Positions 52,266 to 64,000 of a DNA stretch of 64,000 nt are shown one piece after another. The DNA is from Haliotis rubra. Taxonomy: Eukaryota. The notes below the pieces were generated by a model. It was given only the letters and a program-made list of their open reading frames with translations, had not been told where the DNA came from and ran no database searches. Numbering within the stretch: the first letter of the stretch is position 1; each line of letters opens with the position of its first letter. Where the stretch lies: NCBI RefSeq assembly GCF_003918875.1, contig NW_025767390.1, forward strand, positions 992,001-1,056,000, given 5' to 3'. Both the position numbers and the translations under genes were made by a program.

Positions 52266-53113
52266 TATCATAAGGGCAAGAAACAAAGTGTTGATTTCTT
52301 ACTTTGGTAGTGTAACCTTTGCGATTCATTTGGTAATCTGCAATGTTCTGACTATTGTGTTGTCGCTGTAGAGACTGTTTTAGATTGAGTGTGGCGCCAC
52401 ATGACTGAGAAGGCAGTAAATGTTGTGCGTAACAATAGCGGTGAGGGAAATGTAGAATTACCACTCCTGTTTATGAGTTCATAAAGTCATGATAGACTTG
52501 ATGGTTAGAAAAGCTTAGGATGTGTCAGTTGTAGGAAGGCTGGCTACACCTATGCAAGGGTGAGGCTGTTCAGGTTGTTCTTGTTCTCTACAAATCCACA
52601 TGAACTCGATGCAGTGGTCTTTCAGGGAGCATTCCCTTCATAATATACTCAGTATTTCATTGTTCTTACAGTATATTTAACACATATTTGATTTACGTAC
52701 CTTGGAAAAAATATACAGGAAACATTGACGCCTTAGCGTGGTTTAGGTTCTATTATAGAATAGGTCTATTGACTCGAGGCTGTAAAGAGACACTGGTGAC
52801 ATACCCCTCGTAATAGGTTCTGACTGTTCTTCAGTGACGTAATTTTGTAAGATTTCAGTCTTGAATACGTGAAACCTTAAAGTCAACGTGAAACCGGCAA
52901 ATACATGGACCTGCGTTAATTAGATCTACCCAATTACGACCACCGTCCAGACGAGTTGGTCAGTGTACAAATGCATCGTCCACTCAACTCTAAAAGATCT
53001 GGTATAAACACGGAAAGGTTTTTGTCGCTAGCATTTCATTATGTTGACGTCAAACCTACTTGAAATCTATACGAATCTATGGACAGTGCTCTTTGAAAGG
53101 TTAGTCGAATGCT

Positions 53114-53155
53114 ACACCTGATGAAAGAGTAAGAATATACTCCGAAACGTCGTGT
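53114..53155 (+). ncRNA. Minimal type I hammerhead ribozyme-like motif in a Penelope-like 3' fragment
   Basis: acac-CTGATGA-aa-gagta[agaata]tactc-c-GAAA-cg-TC-gtgt: stem I acac/gtgt, stem II gagta/tactc, GUC triplet. Confidence 0.7.
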
Positions 53156-54399
53156 CTATCAAACTAAAGAAGTTGATGTCCATAAAAGTGTATATTATGG
53201 AATATCATTGCGGTATTTATGTTGACATCTTTCAAGTGTATATACGAATCATATTACCGTTCAGAGTGAACTGAGATTTACGTTAAATAAGTAGTTTCTA
53301 ACACCCATGTTCTCAATACATCTGCAACTGAGATGGTTTTGACATTTTTTGCCCTTTATTCCATCTTTAATAATGTATGAGGCACATTGTCGGACACGTA
53401 ACAGCATCATGCAGCTATCAAGATGTCGTACCAAGATGTCGTACCAAGTTCAAGTTCTGATAATATCACGTTTCTGTTTTGATTAAAGTGTTTAAACGAG
53501 CTTGGTTTTACGCTTCAGTTCATGCCATAAAAGGTTTTACACATGTGGAGAGTTTGTCTTGTCGGGCTAGTGCTTTCACCACCCCACTGCAGGAAAAGCT
53601 TATGATCGGAATCGTGAACATGACTTCTATGGATTCGAAAAAGCTTTGTATTTTGCTTTTACTGACACGGTGGTGCTTTTAAACTGGCATAGTTTGTTGA
53701 GGGTACAGATGTTTCTCAGTATTGATGCATATAGTTTACACAGGTAGGTGAAGAGGTAGGCAAGAATATCAAAGAAACTCGCCTAGATTGCATTAGGGAG
53801 GATGACACTAATACGACTTCTCTGAAAAGGCACCATGGACAACATGCATATTGACTGACGGCGGCTGATTCTTTACAATTAGAATCCAGTGAGCAGCCTT
53901 TTCAATGTTCAAACGAGACACAAATGATGTATCTAGTGACAGCTGTAACAGGAAAATGAAAGGTCTTTAGTCAGGGTAGCATGATCAGGAACGTGACGCA
54001 TTCACCCGTCAGACAGATGTATTGCCATTTTTCATTTCTGGTGGCAGTTAGCATGGTCTAGGCACCCTGTGTCCGCGGGAATAATAACTGAAACGTATGT
54101 TACCATGGGAGAAGCGAGTTTTGTATTCTTCTTGGAGAAGGTACTGCATCTGACATTCTGTGTCTGTGTGAGGATGAATGTTAAACGTTTTATGCTTTGT
54201 ACACTCGATTTTCACAAATTATCTTCAGGTCAACCCCTCCTAGGTAAGAAATGATAGATCAGCGGATATAAGAAGGGATCGGTACATTGTTCAGTTTAAC
54301 GGCATGTTTGAGTGCGTTTCATCAAAGTGATAGGGATCAGTGAAAATAGTCTGATAGACCGGACCAAGACCTGCTGGCAAGGTGTGTTGCTATCTAATT

Positions 54400-55200
54400 G
54401 TGATGTTTTTAATTTGGTTTAAAACAAACACGACAAACCCTCCTTGAATGCCTCTGCTCAAAGTAGAATCCATGGAGTGGTTTTGTCTGTATCATAACAA
54501 TCTGTTTATGGATCATTCTCAAATTATGCAAATTAATGCAACATAACGCATATGTGCTTTAAATTTGCCGTTGATCGGCACGTCTCACGCTCAAGACAAG
54601 AGTCAGGACATAAGGGGAATCCTTTGACTGTTATTTGTTAGTGGGAACTCATTTAACTTGGCTTGTATGTCACAATGTCGCTTCCTATTTTATTAACACT
54701 AGTGTGTTTGTCGTGCTGGTTTCATTCCAACATTGTACAGAACAACGGTCGACAATTAACCTGATTAAGTTCTGAACTTGTTGGCTTTGGAAACTAATTT
54801 GGACCGATGGTCTGTTAAATGAAGTACGATGTCATTGATCACATAGCTATTGTAAATCTTCAGTACACCAAAGCGCTGCTTGCAAGTCATATAATCAGTG
54901 CCTCGTCACATGCCAAAACATTTGTATATTTAAACTCAGTATACACTACGTGGAGGACAAGTGATTTCTAGAGTGCCTCTGAAATGCCACTAGAGGCTAT
55001 ACACACATTTCTTGTCCATCATGTTGTCCCATCATTCCGACCATGTTGGTAAAGAACTATCGTTGATATTCAATTCAAGTCGTAATTATTTATTAATGTG
55101 CCCAAGCAGGAATTGGATAAGATTTTATTGCTGAATTATTGCAGTATTCCCAAATAAATTCTGAATGTAAAAATGTAAAGAAATCATTTTGAAGAAGAAT
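54400..55200 (-). pseudogene. Inverted copy of segment T
   Basis: Reverse-complement match to 3600-4420. Confidence 0.5.
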
Positions 55201-55560
55201 GTGTTATGAAGTCTGACATACGGTTCCCACAAGAAAAGGTAATTACGATATTGTCTTTACAATGATAATGAAATCAGTCCTTTATTAAATAGTGTTAGAT
55301 AATAACTTTAATATGGGATGAAGAACTCGGCACATTAGTGCTTGCAATGCTAAAGTCCTAAATGAAGTAAGTCTAGATTTCTCCAGGTTCTGAATCTCTG
55401 GTCTCCCTGGAGATCCTTTTCAATTTAATTGGGTTTATTTGTTACAATCAATAGTATATATATGCATAGACTAAGCGTTAGTCTATCGGCTCATGTGCTG
55501 AAGCATCCAATGTACAGTTAAGCAGTAGCTTAGAGCTTACGACACAAACATTGCCAATTA

Positions 55561-55817
55561 TGGGTTGGTTGGTTCGTTTTGTTGTTAAACGCCGTCCTCA
55601 GCAATATGGCAGCTACATGTATATGGCTGCGGTCTGTAAAGAATCTAGTCTGGACCAGACAATCCAGTGATAAACAGCATGAACATCAATCTACGCAAAT
55701 GGGATACAGTGACATGTATCAACCAAGTCATCGAGGCTGATCACCCGATCCCGTTAGTCGAATCTTTCGACAAGCATGGGTTACTGAAGAACAATTCTAA
55801 CCCGGATCTTCACGGAT
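55561..55817 (-). mobile_element. SINE-like repeat, full length
   Basis: TSD acattgccaatta at 55548-60 and 55818-30. Confidence 0.9.
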
Positions 55818-56378
55818 ACATTGCCAATTAAGTTAATTTCAATAAAGTGAGAATTTCGGTGTCAAATCTAAGAACCTCACAAATATTGTAAATATTGTGT
55901 TCATGCTATAAAAATCCTGTTCTAAAATAGAATTAAATGTTACTTTTCGTACGTTCGTTTTTCGAAACGCATCTTCGCTCTATAACAACAAAATGCCAAA
56001 GCAGAAGAACCAGTCCTGACCAACCAAAAGTCAGAAAAGTGTCACAGCTTAGCAATGAATCGAAAGTGCATGCTGTCATATATCCGCATTCCAGTGTAAT
56101 ATAAATAGTGTATTTATTTTAGAAAAACAACCAAAACGTAATGGAAAAATATATTTTGTCCAAACAATATACATTACCAGCAATGAGTAAACATATAACA
56201 TGGACATAATGAAGATATCAAGATTTTAAGTGTGAACTTGCGGCAGATGCAAGTTTAAAAAATATTATTAGCCACTTTCATCGGCGGTGACGTTTACTTT
56301 CATATCAATTTTAGAACAGCGCATCATTCTTCATCTGGTAGGATTTCAAATATCAAATGCATATTTTTAAATACAGCC

Positions 56379-56436
56379 ATGACTCACCATGATGGACTCA
56401 CTGCAGCCTACTTTCTAATTTATGGTTTATGCTTTT
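56379..56436 (+). CDS. Candidate short coding exon encoding a signal-peptide-like sequence (phase 1)
   Basis: Acceptor-like tttttaaatacag, then gccATG, MTHHDGLTAAYFLIYGLCF, and a consensus donor gtaagt at 56437. Confidence 0.3.
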
Positions 56437-57212
56437 GTAAGTACACTTCAGTGAGGCTATATCTGTTTACGTGATAACCTGTTCAGATTCTCTGGTCATA
56501 AACACAAACATGAATAGGTGTTTATTGGCCATTCTCTAGTGTTTCACACGTAGCCGTTCGGTCGAGGCCCAATCAGCATGTTATCGATTTGAACAAATGT
56601 GATTGCTGTATTAGCAGAAGAACCGAGGCTAAGGGTTCAATGCTAAGACACCTCGCCGTCCCCATGAATACAAACTATGTAAAGCGGTAGGGATAAATCA
56701 TTGTTGAATCGGTTTATTTTGTACATTAAAGAGCGTTTATGTGTTCATTAATTGATCGGACCTATAGACAATTAATTGATTATCAATTATCCAAGTGATA
56801 TCAGTGATCGGTGACCTCGCCCTGCCACCTCGTTTCATTCCTGGTGATCTGATCTAAGTATTTGTGAGGACGTTGTTTGGAAGGCAAACACGATCTACAC
56901 GTAATTCATCATCATCGCAGATCCACACACAGGAAGTCCCTTATAAAAATGTTATTGGACTTTGAAAGGCTGACGACAGGCTAAGTTACAAGCAGAACGA
57001 AGGATAATGGGCTGTGACTTCAGGTTTCTAAATCACCTTTATTCGTTATTGATCAACAGGATATTAATGAAGATATCATGTGACAATCGGCATCAGAAGG
57101 GGATGGCTGCACTACTAGATTGCATGCGTTCTGAACTGTTAAATCTTCATTTCGTGTGCATAGGATTCTCTGACTACTACGATGTGACTGGTGACTATGA
57201 TCATGTACCAAG

Positions 57213-57842
57213 TGCCCGTTCCACAAAGAGATCTTAGCACTGATAACCATAACGCCAATACTTCATTGCATGCTTACGACAGACGCTTTGTGAAACAGGG
57301 CATAGATTTTCGAAGCTCTCTTAGAGTTTATATTAATGTTAATGTATGGCACTTACGTCTATCTTAGCTCGAAGAGAGCTTTTAAGCTCTAGGCCCTGGG
57401 CCCTATCTACACAGCTGAGATGGATTTTTACATATTATTTAGTTATCACACTGGGTTGAACAGTCAGGTGAGTGAGTATGGTCTTATTGCAGCTTTTAGC
57501 ACGGTGGGTCACCAGAAATGGGCTGTGCCCACGTGAGGAATCGAACCCGGGTCTTCCGCGTAACGAGCTAACGCTGTAACCACTAAGCTACCCAACCGCC
57601 CCCAACAGTGAGGAAAGAGGCGAGTTACGAAGTGAACAACGGCGAAAACGTTCACCTTTTACGTTAAATCCAGCTGTGGTACTGATACTTAGATATTTTG
57701 ATTGTTGTGTATTTTCACTAGAACCCTTACTGGGGCCCTTTTCACAAAGCGAACGTAACGTTAAGACAGACAAATGTCTATAATGAAGTATGGGAGTTAA
57801 GGTCGTACTGTAGCATCACCGTCAATTCGTGAAACGGGTCCA
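57213..57842. mobile_element. Cluster of three small (~90-110 bp) MITE-like foldbacks
   Basis: gcccgttccacaaag...ctttgtgaaacaggg (57213-57301); gggcatagattttcgaagctctc...gagagctt..ctaggccc (57297-57400); ggggcccttttcacaaag...gtgaaacgggtcc (57732-57842). Confidence 0.45.
57467..57603 (-). mobile_element. tRNA-derived SINE (family of 18238)
   Basis: Reverse complement reads ggggcggttgggtagcttagtggtt...cccgggttcgattcc...actcactcac. Confidence 0.7.
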
Positions 57843-57937
57843 AGGTCTTAAACTACAAGAGGACTCAGTTGTGCTAATTGAGACGTAAGATAACACAACA
57901 TATATCATAATTCTACAAAAACACAACAAAGATCAAG

Positions 57938-58230
57938 GGAGTGAGTGATTGAGTAAAGATTTTAAGTCAAATCGGAAATATTTCAGCCATATCCCGACTC
58001 ATACTAGTTCTAAATTCATGATTAATAAATATAATTTATAAATCCCTGTCAACTAAGGACAGTAAAATTATTAGGTTATCAAGTATTTGTTGAAACTAGA
58101 ACAAGGAATATTAAAATAATACACTTGTCTTACAATTAACGATACAAGATAAGAAATCGGCAAGAGAACGCTAGTAACTAAAGTTATGCCACCATACTAG
58201 GGGCCGTTGGGACTTAAAATACTTCTGCTT
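57938..58230 (-). mobile_element. Retroelement 3' end, same family, diverged
   Basis: gagtgagtg...atatttcagccatat...accatactaggg. Confidence 0.7.
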
Positions 58231-58279
58231 CCCTTGCTGGAAAAGATCAGGGGAAGAATGGTCATTGAGAACACTTTGT

Positions 58280-59000
58280 ACAAATGGTGGTTACATTAAC
58301 TGGAACCCTTAACCAGGTATACACAACAAGAACTATTAACATTAAACCGTAACTGACATTGTATATATCTGCCAAATGAGAAGATCCAGAGACGAATGGT
58401 TCCTTAGTACATTGTGATTGTACATATGACAACCTGATGGTTACATTGACTGAAACCTTCAATTGGGTCCATACACCAATAAAAGAGGACGTTGAACGTT
58501 GCACTGTGACTAACATTAAATATCTCTACCAAATGTGAAGATACAGAGCAGACTGGTTCCTCAGTACACATTGATTGCACAATGACAACCTGATAGTTAC
58601 ATTGATCGGAGACCGCCTCCGTGGTGTAGTGGTTAGAGCGTCCGCCCGGAGTGCGGAAGGTCGCGGGTTCGATCCCCGACTGCGTCATACCAAAAGACGT
58701 TAAAATATGGTACTTGTTGGTCCCTGTCTGGCGCTCGGCATTAATGGGTACATCAAGGACTGGTCGGCTCGGAGTCAGTATAATGTGTCTGAGTGGGGTA
58801 TTCATGCTTCACTGCGGCATGGTATCTCAGTGGGCTAGCACTATAAAACCAGCTTAAGTCTGGGCTAGTACAAGCAGCCGCACATACACATACACACGCA
58901 TGCACGTCGTCATATGAGCGAAATATTCTCCAGCACGACGTTAAACCCAATTCCACCACCACCACATTGATCGGAACCCATGATCAGGCCTATGCCCCTT
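58280..59000. repeat. Degenerate ~155-bp tandem repeat (2-3 units) split by a SINE
   Basis: t(g/a)gttacatt...gaacc recurs at ~58287, 58438 and 58594; tggttcct...gtaca..gattg..ca.atgacaacctgat occurs twice. Confidence 0.7.
58611..58963 (+). mobile_element. tRNA-derived SINE, same young family as 48459
   Basis: Near-identical to 48459-48818. TSD acattgatcgga at 58599-610 and 58964-975. Confidence 0.93.
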
Positions 59001-59244
59001 ACCTTTGACCATAATTGAATCGTAACATTATATGTGTCTACCGTCCCAGACGATCCACGGCTGGCTTGTTCCCCATTACGAAATTCTTGTCACAAGAACC
59101 GATTAAGTGACAATCTGGTGGTTATAAAGAGGGTTTTGAGTGACCGTTCGCCATACAGTGAAGGTATGGCGAGCTTATTCAGTCAGACACTTGTCTGGCT
59201 GAACACGACTAGGTACGATCAGTCAGATATGGTAAAGAGTAAAT

Positions 59245-59396
59245 TAGTTAGGTTGATTTTAACTATTCCAGCAATATCACGGTGGAGGGCAGAAAAATGA
59301 GCTTCACACATTGCTGGCATGTTGGGAATCGAGCCCGGGTCTTCGGCGTGACGAACGAACGTTTTAACCATTCGATTAACCCGGGACCACCGCCCT
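59245..59396 (-). mobile_element. tRNA-derived SINE (family of 18238)
   Basis: Reverse complement reads gggcggtgg...cacgccgaagacccgggctcgattccc...gatattgctggaata. Confidence 0.7.
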
Positions 59397-59779
59397 TGAT
59401 GTGATAAAGAAGCAAGATTGGTCACAGTGACACTAGATAATATCCAGTCATTACTGTTAAAAATAAGTGAAAGAACGGAGAATAATTAAATCTTACTGCG
59501 TGGCAACACCAAGTAAGAACAATTTGCAATAATGAGAATCAGGTATCCTGATGAACTGATATCTCATTTCAATATTCGGCTAAAACCTATGCACATGCAC
59601 ATATTTACCAATCAGAATTAAAAATACACAGACCACTTAAACCTCCTCAACAGTTTAAGTAGGAGTGACCCCCCCCTCCCCCAATAAAAAATAAATAAAA
59701 ATTAAATAAAATAATAATTAATAAAATGTAAAAAATTAAAAATGTATATAAGTTACATTAAATAAAAAAAATAAAATGA

Positions 59780-60290
59780 AAAAGACTGCTTGTCTGCAGT
59801 TTTCCAACAATATAATCTAGTTTGTGTTGAGCAATATTTCGGCAGATTTAGATTTGAAGTACAGTCGGACATGCTCTTTTCCTGTATTCCAGGTTCATAA
59901 TACACATGGTTTAAATTTGTGTGATCAGGATCACAACATGTTGTGATATACATGTTGATGGCCACATCCGAGCTTGACGCATCAGAGACCAAAATGTTTG
60001 ATGTAACTCGCTATTTTTACTTGTACCGTATAGTTCTTGTTTGAACAGGCGAACGCTTGCCTTGATTCTGCTTTTCATAGATATTTAATATAAAATGTAC
60101 AATCTTGACTACTACGTCCAGTCAAATAATTTTTCATATATTCGAGATGTATCTCTAGCTTATGTTGTTCCTGGTGAGATGAACACTATTTGATAATGGT
60201 TCTTTAGCACATGATTATTATACAGTCTGAAAAGTATTCAGCAGAGATTCCATATGTTGTGGAAGTTGTTTGTTCTTTTATTGATCGTTA
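59780..60290 (+). pseudogene. Possible decayed coding segment
   Basis: Contains SFPVFQVHNTHGLNLC (HN-like motif). Single copy, so no comparative support. Confidence 0.2.
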
Positions 60291-60299
60291 ATGCCATAT

Positions 60300-61570
60300 G
60301 ACAGAAGTAAAGACCAACGCCAACTCAAGACATAACCCTACGCAACACCGATATGCATTTTGAATCCCATTTCATGATAAGGTCAAACTTGCGCAAAGAC
60401 AGTGTGAACCTTTCACAGTCTCTTTGATGTGCTGTTATGGTGCAATAAAATGTTATGGAACTTATATAAAATGGAAATTACATAACCGCCCTAATATCAT
60501 ATAAAAATGGTATTGGACCCTTTTTCTTATGACATATTCGTGGATTCCATCTTGCAAGCAGCTGGTGCTGACGTGTAAAAATTATGATTGAGCATTGTCT
60601 CATTTGTACCTCTAAAAGTATAACAAAGAATACATATTTTCTTACAATGGTTCTCCAACAATAAATGAAGTATGGATCGATAGGTTTTCGTTTCTACCAT
60701 CGATTAATTGCTATAGGAGACCCCACAGTGCAAGCCATCGACGGCTCGATGCATCGTTACAGCCCTAGTGTGTAGCGCCCAAGCTGAATACGAAGCTCAT
60801 GAAGGTGTTTGGAATTGCAATGTAAAATGTACCAACGACCATCAGGTAATTGTCAAAATGACAGAGAGGACGCTAGGACAAGGAAACCGATGGAAACACA
60901 AATACGACGACATATTTAATGACAATATTTATATAACTAGGAACATAAATGTAAACTAAACTGATTGTCACATATTGTGTGCTGAAGATTAGTTTTACTA
61001 AAATATGATCAGCCTTGCCAATCCATATGACTATATTAAATTTGGAAATGTTCGATTAAGGAATTGCAAAATAATTCCTGTACCAGGTGGCTCCTGGTAG
61101 GAGAGACCTTTTAATGCCACAAAAGACGTAAGGCGTGTTCACATTTTGTGAAGCTGGAAAAAAACAGTGATAACGTTTCACTGTCCTGGCTCCAACACGC
61201 ACCATTTAATTCTCGCAAAGTGATTTTCACACTGGCTGGTATCAAATATATCCCACTGAGTAAACTCTAGATTTATGCGTGGTTGGCATTAATCCAATCT
61301 ACTCACGTGGGAAGTAGTTAAATACAGAAAATGACGTGATATTTTCCATTCTGTCCACAGGGTTTAATAGACGCTCTCATGACGAGCATGACTCTTTTTT
61401 GTGCACATGCAGATACCACTTAAGTGAATCCGTATCCACATTTTAAAATAATGGTGCAGTAGACGTTCTTAAATATTAATAATTTCACCAACATTATTTG
61501 TTCCTGAGGGAAAGGTTAGCTTCCTCCTGAGGCGATCGGAAATACATCTAATGCTGTTATAAGCCCCATA
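60300..61570 (+). pseudogene. Decayed ORF, probable further member of the HN-motif family
   Basis: YIKWKLHNRPNII*KWYW resembles HSHNNNTLIWKY, and AEYEAHEGVW resembles KYYEAHDGF of C2. The frame continues KYDDIFNDNIYITRNINVN*...NPYDYIKFGNVRLRNCKII. Confidence 0.45.
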
Positions 61571-61889
61571 AAGACAAAATGAAAATAACACTGTGACTGA
61601 GACCGGCAAACACACTAAGCCCTATATAGCAGTAGCTGGGCCATATGGAGTGGGCGTTGACATGACATCAAACTTATCAGTTACGTAGGCACTGTAATCA
61701 TACAGTATGTTTTATATTTGTGAAATAATTGGCACCACAAGCGGGTAGATTCATATGTAGATGTAGGTGAAATAACCTGAATGATTGTTTCAAAGTTTAT
61801 AATTTCACTATTGCGCAAATCAATTCGGAAATAATTAATTTTGCTGTTGTAATTAGCATAGTTGTGCCATTTTGTGTGAGATGAAAGAA

Positions 61890-62450
61890 GAATGATTAAG
61901 ATGTTATTCTGTCTCAGTCCTTCACATCTGCAACACGTCCATGTGAAAGTCCAGATCCAGCAGAAAAGGGACGTGGACTTCTCTCATCTGAGGTCCTTGA
62001 CCTTAATTTCACTATGTACACAATTTTCCACCGCACCCATAAGAGTTATTGTAATTTTATTAAGTTGTATAATATGTATCTTTTATACGGTTTTTCATAT
62101 ACTAGGCTGCTGGAAAGCTCATCCAACATTTACCGATTAATGTACCCATCGCTATTCCCATCCGTCACAAACACACGGAAAGGGAAACAAAGCGTTTACA
62201 TGACCTATCTGGAACATATTGAACAAGTCGAATTAGGGATTTCCATGTGACATCATTTTGATGATGAATGTGTCGAATTCAGAAAATCCTTCATTATGTC
62301 GTAGAAAGAGTATGTTCAGTTGAACCTCAAAAGTTCTGAAAAGTATTGACCAAAGACGGTAGCTGTGGGAATTTTTGCTAGACGTGAAGGGAATGTCTTC
62401 TCTCTTATTGTCTTGTGGAGAATCAATCACTCAAATCTTCATACATAGAT
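61890..62450 (+). pseudogene. Possible decayed coding segment
   Basis: Overlapping short + ORFs 61892-62140 and 62014-62250 with protein-like composition. No recognisable motif. Confidence 0.2.
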
Positions 62451-63264
62451 CTAAAAATGAAACAGATGAGACTGAAATAGACATATAGCAGAAATGACAT
62501 GAATGAGGACACACGTTGTTTAGTCTTAGAAGACAGTGCCGCGATGTTACGGTCGTAACTCGAGACAATGGTAATGGTGTTTCAAACACAATAACCGATA
62601 TATAAGGAACCGATTATATTAGTTTTTAATAAACAAATCCATACCAGGATATCATGTCATACTTTAGACAGGTCGACCCCGACCCCAAATGATATCCGTT
62701 TCTTAAAATGAATATCACCTCAATAACCAGTTAATGTGTACATACAAGTCACAGTGGATAAAAAGGAGGAAATGATACCCTCACACAAAACAAAACATGA
62801 GATATCTCTTTCAAAGATATGTCCTTGTTGATATGTTTTGTGATGATTTCCCAAGACGACAACCAAGAGCACGAAATGACCTTGGTGGATCGATCATGAC
62901 GGTCGTGTCTCGTGTACATCCTGATTTGCGTTCCTCCGACTGTTTGCTATAAGTAAAATAGTGAAGGGTCTTACTGTCTGCTCCACTGGGAGTGCCTGCA
63001 TCCGTTGAAATAGACAGACTTTGCCGCTTTGTTAGTCTCTGATGTAAATGCCATAACAATTTGGGAGGGAATGTCTATTTGTCAATAAGGGCTCCCTAGG
63101 CAGCCCATATTGGGAGCAACGGAAAAAGTGCCATTGAATTTGTGGATTATGGCATTAAACGTTAGACGTCCGCCTGTGCAAAAGGGTTAAAGGCTTTGTA
63201 GTTGGCATTCTGTTGGACTAAATTGAAACATGAACAGCATTCATTTGGCAAGAACAACCACTTT

Positions 63265-63708
63265 GAGTGAGTGAGTGAATTAATATTTAACGTCACATCG
63301 GCAATATTTCAGCCATATCGTGACGTGAACATTTTACATTGAAATGGAATAGATGTAGATTATACAACCTGCCTACGAAGGACAGTAAAACAACTAGAAT
63401 ATCACAGATATACATGTAAAACTAGTAATTAAATCTAAAATATTTGAACTATAGGTGACAACACAATATAAAAATAGGCTATATATCGCCAACAGCTGAA
63501 GGTAGATCACCATACTAGAGACCATGGGGACTTACAGTACATTTGCTTCCTGCATAGAGCCCTAGCTGGATTTACACCATCCCTTCAGCTATTAGCAGTT
63601 TTAGAAAATCTAGCCACAAATTAAACGATTAATATTCTACGATTAAAATGGTAGTAGGTTTAAGTCCACTTCGAATGTATTGGGACTTACGTACCCTCTC
63701 AGGAGGAC
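63265..63708 (-). mobile_element. Retroelement 3' end, longest copy of the 1221 family
   Basis: gagtgagtgag...aacgtcacatcggcaatatttcagcc...gggacttacgtaccctctcaggagg. Confidence 0.8.
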
Positions 63709-64000
63709 TCACAACCAATTCGAAGATTGACAGTTAATGTAGTTCGGAATCGCTGATGCTTGCTTAGAAATATACCTATAAATCCATCAAAAGACATACA
63801 CGTTCACAACAACGCATATTTTCTTGGCATAGAAATGTCTGTGATTAAGCGAAACGTGAAAAAGGTTTCAAGGGCATCAGCCCTTCATTATTAATCATGA
63901 GAGTCTGTGACCTTAATTGCCTCTCAGGAACAGTTTTCAATCTTCATACCGATTACGCGACGTTTGTCATAGATATCCCACACTTTTAGAACACAAAATG

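Larger units (their letters stand above)
49540..52480 (-). pseudogene. Inverted copy of paralog W with its own minisatellite expansion
   Basis: ORF 52219-52464 runs into HSHNNVL. ORF 50037-50297 reads VQGPADFRWLRRDLKHMLQ...PDKFIKQTTC. Confidence 0.68.
33520..55200 (-). repeat. Right arm: inverted tandem copies of the same unit
   Basis: Reverse-complement matches: 39130-39960 to 2220-3030; 41640-43270 to 16180-18560; 44930-45590 to 13390-14030; 46210-47790 to 11470-12510; 49540-52980 to 6730-10350; 54160-55170 to 3600-4700. Segments 4680-4820, 6730-7000, 9400-11470 and 12000-12510 occur twice in this arm. Confidence 0.92.

Noticed and set aside
1-55200. Assembly artefact (haplotig or chimeric fold-back read) as the cause of the palindrome
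   Set aside because: The arms differ by many substitutions, deletions and private TE insertions with TSDs.

Overview
Eukaryotic, AT-rich, repeat-laden DNA. The SINE families resemble those of gastropod molluscs such as abalone (inference). No intact host gene is evident. The only long ORFs are two 5'-truncated L2/CR1-group LINE reverse transcriptases (31039-33025, 34620-35755) and a decayed Tc1 transposase. Beneath the transposons, most of the window is a closely packed, head-to-tail array of decayed, apparently intronless reading frames of ~1-2 kb that I could not assign to any known family. By manual translation several are distant paralogs: they share an N-proximal 'hydrophobic-H-N' motif (HSHNN, LIHN, LTHN, SLHN, KLHN) and, in some, downstream N[VI]xL[VIL] and QTTCV blocks. 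The array forms a ~15-17 kb unit, tandem on the + strand at 1-21240 and tandem on the - strand at 33520-55200, so the two arms make a giant imperfect palindrome. A spacer between them carries a direct duplication (22070-26050 / 28440-33410). A 34-bp minisatellite has expanded out of the HSHNN codons in two copies. Penelope-like fragments with hammerhead cores, several MITEs and SINEs with TSDs and empty paralogous sites, and a SINE head with a predicted pseudoknot are also present. Pseudogene boundaries and identity levels are by-eye estimates.
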